Shown in pieces: positions 55,465 to 64,000 of a DNA stretch of 64,000 bases; the stretch's first letter is position 1; each line of letters starts with the position of its first letter. Below the pieces are notes generated by a model that searched no databases, was not told the DNA's origin, and saw only the letters and a list, made by a program, of their open reading frames with translations. This DNA is from Octopus vulgaris (taxonomy: Eukaryota). The translations under genes were made by a program, and so were the position numbers. The stretch spans positions 113,026,001 through 113,090,000 of the forward strand of contig OX597818.1 in assembly GCA_951406725.2 (NCBI GenBank), read 5' to 3'.

Positions 55465-55467
<3 letters not shown>
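54947..55467 (-). mobile_element. ~520 bp non-coding (TA)n-bounded element carrying an HHR
   Basis: Island between two pure (TA)n tracts. Confidence 0.65.
55172..55278 (-). ncRNA. Type I hammerhead ribozyme with a long loop 2
   Basis: atttctta-CTGATGA-atct[~60 nt]agat-GAAA-cggtgcatcg-TC-taagaaat; perfect 8 bp stem I. Confidence 0.78.
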
Positions 55468-55501
<34 letters not shown>

Positions 55502-55584
55502 TCTTATTTTCTATTTTCCTTAACTTCTTTCACACCTTTTAGTTGAACAAATCGACACCAGGACTATGTAAGCCTAGTACTTAA

Positions 55585-56271
55585 GGTACTATGGGAGATT
55601 TAAAAGACAAATCTCCCACAATACCGTCAAATTCCATTCAGTTGCCACATAGACTCTTGCGCTAGAAATAAAAATCCCAAATCCCAAAGAAAGAATCAAC
55701 AAGGAGAATCTTTTTGTTGAAAAATTCCAAACGCTTCTTAATATGCAAACTCCACGGTGACCGTATTCTTTTTTCTAGCATCCTGTCTGACAAAAGATAG
55801 ATATAAGCATTCTGTTTGACAAAAATCCCAGCTTTCCAATTAAAGAGTATAAAATCCACAGAATTGTCTCACCTTACTCACAGGAACTGGATAACTCCTA
55901 CCCCATTTCCTGTTTTGACACACAAACATCCAACCTGTTCAAACAAAACACTACACCAAAACACATGCACCCTAATCCTCCAAAGAGGTTTTTCCAAGGA
56001 CTAATATAGAACTCTAAAAACATAGAGACACTGCAATGTATTGATATACTTAATAATTAATTTTTGTATATATTCATTATTTTTTTTAAAAAACATTGTA
56101 CATTTCTTTTTCCCATTCCTCAATTTAAAAAAATATATTCCCTTTCAAATCTTGAAAATTTGCCTTGCAATGAAAGCCGTTCTGATTTCGTTTTTTAATT
56201 TTTCATACACCCATTTTTATTAAAATTTACTTTCAGTGTAGCATTCTGCCTTATTATTTTTTTGCTCTCCT
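55585..56271 (+). mobile_element. 3' fragment of a third Neptune-like PLE family
   Basis: QYRQIPFSCHIDSCARNKNPK and KERINKENLFVEKFQTLLN align to the GIY-YIG C-termini of the other two PLEs; ends in (TA)n. Confidence 0.72.
56147..56188 (+). ncRNA. Decayed hammerhead with UUGAAAA core
   Basis: aaatc-TTGAAAA-t ttgc ctt gcaa t-GAAA-gccg-TT-ct-gattt. Confidence 0.5.
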
Positions 56272-56288
56272 ATATATATGTATATATA

Positions 56289-56367
<79 letters not shown>

Positions 56368-56534
56368 GAAAGTTGGTTTGTGAAAGCACGTGGGTGAGTA
56401 TATAGAAAATAGTAAAGAGTGAAAAAACGACAGAAGGATTAAATGTTAAAAATTATATATATTTGCGTCAATATGTCTGAAGAATATTAGAAAATTAAAA
56501 AAAAAAGGTTTTTCCTTTATAATGACATAATTAA

Positions 56535-56573
56535 AAGAAAGACCGGTTTCGCGTGTAGCTTTTCAAATTTCTT
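56535..56573 (-). ncRNA. Minimal hammerhead, U3:A8 variant, in the inverted pLTR
   Basis: aagaaa-t-TTGAAAA-gc tacac gc-GAAA-ccgg-TC-tttctt. Confidence 0.72.
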
Positions 56574-56910
56574 GTGACGTTATGTTTATGTTGAATAGAG
56601 TTATCGTTGTGTTTATGTTCCGGATAGTTCTAAATAAGGGGAGGTAGTGGGTGATTTCTTCCGGTGTAAGGGAGATAATCGCTTAAAATTTTTTTTGTTT
56701 CCCTTAATGTGAATTTCTCTGTATCAGTATGTTCGGATGGTTGAGTCTGGGCTTGTACTTTTCAATGAAGAATGTTTCCTTGTTTAGTCTAATTTGTGTT
56801 GATGATCCGAAAGCACATTGGTAAAATGGAAAGATTAAAAATTGTGGTAGTAGTTGCTTTGCGCATTTCTCAATGTGCTCACTAAAAGGTATCATTCTAT
56901 ATTCTGGGAA

Positions 56911-58895
56911 CTTTCCCTACCATACTATACATAAACAGAAAGCTAACTCAAATTTTAACACTACACAATGGAAAGAACTGATAAAACTTCAAAATGATGA
57001 GGATATAACCATTAAGGAAGCAGACAAGGGAAATGCAGTTGTAATAATGGATACATCATACTACAGAAATCTTGTAATTTCCTTGCTTGATGACGACCTA
57101 CATTATGAAAAAATTACCAACTACACCCCACAAAAAATAATGAAAACTCTATCTTCACTAATTAAAACCCATGAAAAGGAACTAACAACCAAAGAGATTG
57201 ACTTCCTAACAAACTTTAAATGCAAACCTAGCCTTTTCTATGGTCTGCCAAAAATTCATAAAAGTCAAATTATAAATGAAACCATTAAAAAATCACCAAA
57301 GACATACATACACACACCTAACCCGGGGGACCTAAAACTACGACCCATTGTAGCTGGCCCAACCTGTGAAACACACAGACTAAGTTTATTTATGGACATC
57401 CTCCTGAAACCCTTCCTTAAACATATCGATAGCCATATCAGAGATGACTTAGATATGTTAAACCACCTTCCAAAAAAAGCCAAGGAAGAAACAATCCTGG
57501 TCTCATTTGATGTAGTTAACTTGTATACCAGTATACCTCATAATTATGGACTGGAGGCAATACAGTTCTGGTTAGACCAATTTCCGGAAGAAATACCAAA
57601 AAGGATCAGTAAAGAATTCATTACTAAATCAATTGAATTCATCCTACACAATAACCACTTCATGTTTGACAATACATTTTACCGTCAAAAATCCGGAATT
57701 GCTATGGGTACAAGGGCAGCACCAGTCATTGCGAACTTAACAATGGGATACATGGAAATAATCATTTACCAGGAATCTTTATCAATACATAAAAGAGAAT
57801 TGGAAACGATTCTTAGACGATTGTTTTATTCTCTGGAATGAAGACACAGATTAACTCCTAAAATTTAAAAACCTATTGAACAGCATAAACCCAAATATAC
57901 AGTTCACAATGGAATACAACCAAAAGGAGCTCCCGTTCTTGGATATACTAATTAAAAAAATAACCTTAAAATAGAAACAGACATCTTTTACAAAGCCACA
58001 GACGCCAAACAATACCTTCTTTTTAATTCATGCCACCCAAGACACACTAAAACAAACATCCCCTTCAACCTTGCAAGAAGGATATGCACAATAGTGTCAG
58101 AACAAAATACCAGGAACTTTAGACTGCAAGAACTCAAAAACACCCTAATTGACAGACATTACCCAGCTCAACTCATAGAGGATGGGATCAGACGTGCAAC
58201 AGAAATAAACATAGAAACTTTAAGAAAAGTTCAATACAACAACACACCTTCCCCGAAAATACTACCTTACATATCTACATACAACCCCAGAAACAAAGAA
58301 GCCTTCACCATCATCACCCAGAATTTACCAATACTTCATAAAAACCCCAAATTAAAGGAAATTCTAAACATACACCAAATCATTAAAAGCTACAAACAGC
58401 CTAAATCACTTAAAAAGATTCTCAAAAAGGCAAAATTGTCTTCTGAAATTACGGATGCAATAGTAAAAAAAATGTGGTAGATCGAACTGTGCAACATGTC
58501 CTAACCTGCTAGAAGGATCAGAATTCCTCTTTAAAGAGGGACAGAAATTCAAGATCAAATCTAACTTTACTTGTGCCTCTGAAAACGTAATTTATGTCAT
58601 AAAATACTCGGGCTGCCACCAAGACTACGTGGGTTCCACGGGACTATCACTCAGACGTAGATGCACACTGCATCGACAACAGATTGAATTCCCAGAATAT
58701 AGAATGATACCATTTAGTGAGCACATTGAGAAATGCGCAAAGCAACTACTACCACAATTGTTAATCTTTCCATTTTACCAATGTGCTTTCGGATCATCAA
58801 CACAAATTAGACTAAACAAGGAAACATTCTTCATTGAAAAGTACAAGCCCAGACTCAACCATCCGAACATACTGATACAGAGAAATTCACATTAA
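56911..58895 (+). pseudogene. PLE RT / GIY-YIG endonuclease, frameshifted (about 57780, 57960, 58470)
   Basis: IKEADKGNAVVIMD, FYGLPKIHK, LRPIV, SFDVVNLYTSIP, GIAMGTRAAP, RFLDD, CGRSNCATC, VIYVIK..YVGSTG, KYKPRLN. Confidence 0.92.
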
Positions 58896-59025
58896 GGGAA
58901 AGGAAAAAAATTTTTAACGATTATCTCCCTTACACCGGAAGAAATCACCCGCTACCTCCCCTTATTTAGAACTCTCCGGAACATAAACACAACGATAACT
59001 CTATTCAACATAAACATAACTTCAC

Positions 59026-59064
59026 AAGAAATTTGAAAAGCTGCACGAAAAACCGGTCTTTCTT
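59026..59064 (+). ncRNA. Mutated copy of the same hammerhead in the 3' pLTR
   Basis: ttgaaaagctgcacgaaaaaccggtc: the gcGAAA junction has changed to gaAAAA. Confidence 0.55.
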
Positions 59065-59609
59065 TTAATTATGTCATTATAAACGAAAAAAAATTTTTTT
59101 TTTTAATTTTCTAATATTCTTCAGACATATTGACGCAAATATATATATTTTTTAACATTTAAGCCTTCTGTCGTTTTTTCACTCTTTACTATTTTCTATA
59201 TATATATATATATACATACATATTGGTTGTTAATTTGCTTCATAAAATATTAGCAGTGTAAATAATGAGATCAAATGCGCAATGTTTTGAATTGTAATTA
59301 TTAGTTTTATTCACTGTGTCCCACGTGTGTTCTTAGTATACGGTTTTTTATGGCTGACATTTCCCGTGCTTTTGTTCAGTTAACCATCAATGACATGTCA
59401 CCTTAACGGCTTTAAGGCTTTCGGTCTTGGTAAGATAAAAATGTGCATGTAAATACATTCATATATTCATCTGTAAGTGCAAAATACATACATATGTTTG
59501 GGTGTGGGTGTGTACGCCTGTGTGTGTATGTGTATGAATATATATCTATGAGTATCTGTACGTATGTATGTATTCATCTACATATATATGTGTGTGTAAA
59601 TATATATAA

Positions 59610-59640
<31 letters not shown>

Positions 59641-59948
59641 TGTATATATGTGTGTATGTATATAAATATATATGGATATGTACGTAAGCCTAAGCATTAT
59701 CTTGCAGGGTTAACTTTTATCTTTTCCTTGTTGGACTGCCGCCATGCAGGGACACAGCCTTGAAAAATTATACTCAAGATTATCAACCTCCGTACTTTTT
59801 TCAGCCTGATAGTTTTCTCTCTGTCTCTTTTGCTGAGCAACTAGATTACAGGGACGAAAACACACCAAGACCGGTTGTCACGCACTTGTGGTGGACAAAA
59901 ACACAGAAACACAGACATACAGACACACACAATTTTATATATATATAT

Positions 59949-60245
59949 GGAGGCGCAATGGTCCAGTGGTAAGAGCAGCGGTCTCGCGGTCGTACGATTG
60001 GGGTTTCGATTCCCAGACCGGGCGTTGTTAGTGTTTATTGAGCGAAAACACCTAAAAGATCCACGAGGCTCCGGCAGGAGGTGAGGATCCCTGCTGTACT
60101 CTTTCACCACTCATTCTTCCACTCTTTCTTCTGTTGGCCTGCTCGCTTAGCCAGCGGGGTGGCGTCATTCGAAGGCTAAAACAATGCGAACGCATTGTGA
60201 CCAGCGATGTGTAACTACATCTAATGGACTGGTCGGTCACGTGAT
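59949..60245 (+). mobile_element. SINE with a family C tRNA-like head and a distinct tail
   Basis: ggaggcgcaatggtccagtggtaagagc..ggtttcgattcccagacc; flanked by (TA)n. Confidence 0.8.
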
Positions 60246-60251
60246 CACCTG

Positions 60252-60309
<58 letters not shown>

Positions 60310-60310
<1 letters not shown>

Positions 60311-60600
60311 CATTATTTGCATGATTTACCTTTTGACGGATATTTATCCTTATCTTGTTTGTTGTTAACACAACGTTTCGGGTGTTATACCCTCCAGCCT
60401 TCATCAAATGTATTGGGGAAATTTTGAACCTGGGTTCTTATTCCTAAGGTATGTTTCGATGTTATCATTATTGTTATTATTATTATTATTATTGTTATTA
60501 TTATTATCATTATTATTATTATTATTATTATTATCCAGGTCAATGCCTGGAATCGAACTCGGAATCTGGGGGTTAGTAGCTCGCGCTCTTAACCACTACG
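60310..60600 (-). mobile_element. Candidate SINE: tRNA-like head, (AAT)n, then a degenerate HHR tail
   Basis: Head cgtagtggttaagagcgc..gagttcgattccaggca (60600-60543); HHR-like acat-TTGATGA-aggctg..cacc-c-GAAA-cg-TT-gtgt (60411-60368); ends in (TA)n. Confidence 0.55.
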
Positions 60601-60604
60601 GCGA

Positions 60605-60760
60605 GTTTCTTTCGGGCTCCGTCTACCAAATCCGCTCACAATGATTTGGTCAGGTGGAGGCTATCGAAGAAGGCACTTACCCAAGATGCTACACTGTGGG
60701 ACTGAACCCGGAAACATATAGTTACGAAGTAAACTTCTTACAACACAGCACTGCCTGTGC
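60605..60760 (-). mobile_element. SINE family A, head half, diverged
   Basis: ccgtctaccaaatcc..gtgggactgaacccgg. Confidence 0.7.
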
Positions 60761-60951
60761 TTCTTGTGACAAATAAAACATGACATATCTATAAGAGAAG
60801 CCAGAGAACACAAATATGGTTTCTCTGTGGGACATTAGGCGCTGAATTCGATATGCTAGATACGGTAGCGATATATTTGTCTATCTGTGTGTGTATATCT
60901 GTGGGTGTGTGTGTGAGTGTGTGTGTGCGTTTGTGTGTGTGTATGTGTGTT

Positions 60952-60992
<41 letters not shown>

Positions 60993-61494
60993 GTGTGTGT
61001 TGAATATAATCTTTATGATTCAAATACAAAGAATGAAATATTTTGCAACTTCCAAATGAAACAGTCAAGACCTTGCGTAGTCAAACTTTGTTTCTTTTTT
61101 TCTTTTTGGTCTCTTTTCCAGGAAACGAAGTTTTGTTTTGAGTTGCTTTGAAAATTTAGGAAACGCTCGAAGCAACAAAATTGTGCTTCAATTTAAATCA
61201 GATATGAAACGATGTTAAAGACGTCACTTGATGCGTTCAAATTAGATGTAATTCAAATTTGATTACTTTATGGCAACGGAATTTGTAAAGAAAAGAATCC
61301 ACTGTTAGACAGTGTAAGGCACAACCTTACACGTTACTTTGCTTCTCTTTTAAACACAGAATTTTTTCTTTAATTGCGATGCAAATTTATTGTTATCATC
61401 TTTATATGCAAATAAATGCTATCCGTTGATGTCTCTGGGGGAAGACCTGAGCGCAAAATGTGAAAATTAGAGCAAAGCTAAAGTATATTATATC

Positions 61495-61514
61495 ATTATT
61501 ATTATTATTATTAT

Positions 61515-61591
<77 letters not shown>

Positions 61592-61630
61592 ACAGCTGCA
61601 GCAGTAGTAACAGTGGCAGCAGCAGCAGTG

Positions 61631-61673
<43 letters not shown>

Positions 61674-61674
61674 C

Positions 61675-61733
<59 letters not shown>
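61495..61733. repeat. (TAT)n(TAG)n(CAG)n compound microsatellite
   Basis: Read directly from the sequence. Confidence 0.95.
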
Positions 61734-61734
<1 letters not shown>

Positions 61735-61735
<1 letters not shown>

Positions 61736-62110
61736 CGCAGATTTGCTTGTCAGCTGCATCACCTTAACAGGTTGAGCATGTTCATTGGTTGCTGACCATA
61801 TGTGCACACTGATTACAGCGGAAGTGGTGTTGGGACAGGGCATCATAGCCACGTGTTGAGAGAAACTCTTTCGAGTTTGAATAATTCACCTCTGGAAACA
61901 CGGGTGTTTCGTTCAACATCTTTTAACAACTCTTATGCGCTGTTTATCTTGATATGAGATCATCATATCGCGCACATATGGTTGTGATGCATCCGCCTGG
62001 TGAAGCCTTATCAGACGGGTATTCCTGATGGACATACTGGGCTTCGTATATTTGTACTCCCCTGTCTCTTTCCATGGTATGCGCTGCTCTATCACTTAAT
62101 AATAATAATC
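61735..62110 (+). mobile_element. Interspersed repeat (family D) ending in (AAT)n
   Basis: Inverted homologue of 63293-63800 with an internal deletion. Confidence 0.75.
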
Positions 62111-63292
62111 ATTTGTTCAGTTTTCAAAATCATGGCCAATATAGTAATGCAGAGACGCTTTCTAAACGTTTACGAGGATTTTTTGATGAAAGATAGACAA
62201 GACTACAATTAAAATGTTTTGAGAAAATGTGGGAAAGAATATCCTATTTCAAAAATTCATATAAGTATAAATAGAAATCAATACAAATGTCCCTCATTGC
62301 TGAGGGGCTTCCACCAGAGTATCTGAGGATTCTTTCAGCTACTCCTTCCTCGTTACAGAACTTGATATATACAAATATGTACATAATCTATTCTGGGGAC
62401 AATGAAAGTGTGTCCCCTCAGGTCTGACGATTTTTTTATTTGTATTCTATCAAATTAATTATCATTTTGCTGTCTACTATACAATCAGCAAATTTCGTAA
62501 TATATCTCCCTTCAAAATAGCTTCTTATTTCAATCAAGATCATTTAAATATTTTCTATAAGCGGGTACCTGATGTCTTCCGGGGTAATGTTGTCAATTTT
62601 TGTGCTTCCTAAATATTTGTGGTCTGAGTCATAATTTCCCTTACTGCATTTTCATCTTCTTCGTTTCCAATGGCAGTTTGCCCTGCAGCTTTCAAATTCA
62701 CCCCATGGTTACATTGCGTTAAGGTGTTAAAACTGGGAGTTGAAACTTCACAGTTCTGGCAGTAAGAGATGGTGTACATTTTTAGGATATCCCCAAAACT
62801 ACAAACAGTCGCTGACTGGAAGTAGTAAATTTAAGAGCCTGTAATTGAATGGTTATATTATTACCTGTCATTATCCAATACGGATCGTATTGCCAAAAAC
62901 GTAACAACCTGAATCTCTGCTATGTACTAGGGCACTATTTGCGTCAATTTTTGTTTCCACCCGAATCGTATCTGCAGAAAAATATTATACCCAGCCACAA
63001 AAATTGGGAGGAAGCAGTGCCTCTGACGAGTACGCTCATAAAATGCCTTTTCATATATAGTGTCAAAGAATGTAACGAAGAAGTCTGGAACGAATGATGG
63101 GAATGGAAATGGAAGGTGGATTCACTAAAAATGTTAAGAATAAAACGAGCACACCGTTTTTAAGGTTTAACTGCAAACCAATTTAGAATTTGATATTGCA
63201 GAGATCGTAGAGTTGTTCTTAAAATGTTTTTCCCCCTTAGTGGCTCAATGTTATTTTACAGCAAACGTATTATCATTATTATTATTATTATT

Positions 63293-63800
63293 GAGTGAGA
63301 GAGAGAGAGTAGTTTATGCCATCAAAGTGACACTGGGGTAAAATATACGAAGCCCAGTATACCCATCATGACTACCCGTCTGATTAGGGTACACCAGCCA
63401 CATCAATCACAACCATATGTGCGCAACATGGTGATCTCATATCAAGATAAACAGCACATGACCTTCTAGGTGGGGCCCAGTTAGAATGTTCTTCTGGTCG
63501 AATAGCCCATCCCTCTCAAAAGATCCTTGAATAGGGGTTGTTTAAACATGTTGAATGAAACACACATGTTTCCAAAGGGGAATTATCTAAACCCCAAAGA
63601 ATTCCTCTCAACACATGGCTATGATGCTCTCCCACTACTTCTGCTCGTGATCAGAGATGCACATATCGTCAGCCACTAAGGGGCATTGTCAACTGGTTAA
63701 GGTCAAACAACCGACAAGCAAATCTGTTGTATTGAGCAGAATATTTGCTGTTGCCCATCTTTTATACCAAGACAAAACAATGTAAATTATAAAACTTATC
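63293..63800 (-). mobile_element. Interspersed repeat (family D) flanked by (TAT)n
   Basis: Shares atatacgaagcccagtat, gatctcatatcaagataaacagc and gacaagcaaatctg with the 61735 copy. Confidence 0.75.
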
Positions 63801-64000
63801 ATAAAACGTTTACTATTATTATTATTGTTGTTTTTGATGCTGCTGCTGCTGTTGTTGTTATTGTTGTTGTTGTTGGTCGTCTTATTATTATTATTATGAT
63901 TATTATTATTATTATTATCATTATTATTATTATTTCATGTTTACGTCAAATAAATTATAATCAATCATTTCAAAGTCTTTCAGGACATATTCCTGCTAAT

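Larger units (their letters stand above)
56364..59200 (+). mobile_element. Penelope-like element (Neptune-like, family 2) with an inverted 5' pseudo-LTR
   Basis: ~510 bp inverted repeat 56399-56910 / 58689-59200 encloses the RT-EN coding region; flanked by (TA)n(GA)n and (TA)n. Confidence 0.93.

Noticed and set aside
59949-60020. Possible tRNA genes at SINE heads
   Set aside because: They continue into SINE bodies and lack a clean cloverleaf and terminator.
62200-63100. Possible host exon or LINE endonuclease remnant
   Set aside because: No recognisable motif or sustained reading frame on either strand.

Overview
AT-rich, microsatellite-saturated eukaryotic DNA, intronic or intergenic. The SINE repertoire suggests an octopus or other coleoid cephalopod, but this is inferred. 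No host protein-coding gene could be supported, and most ORFs in the track are translations of microsatellites. The window contains many copies of three tRNA-derived SINE families, non-autonomous Helitrons, two internally deleted Tc1/mariner elements, CR1-group LINE 3' ends and a Tx1/L1-like LINE embedded in (GATA)n. The main feature is a dense population of Penelope-like elements (PLEs, RT + GIY-YIG, two lineages) plus short non-coding elements, almost all bounded by (TA)n tracts. About eleven minimal type I hammerhead ribozyme (HHR) motifs, intact or decayed, were read by eye in these elements. Three related PLE families with a Cys-linker (Neptune-like) share a compensated non-canonical HHR core (UUGAAAA, U3:A8). 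Several 0.26-0.6 kb non-coding HHR carriers look like non-autonomous, retrozyme-like partners. One element joins a tRNA-derived head to an HHR tail. All coordinates and folds were determined by eye.
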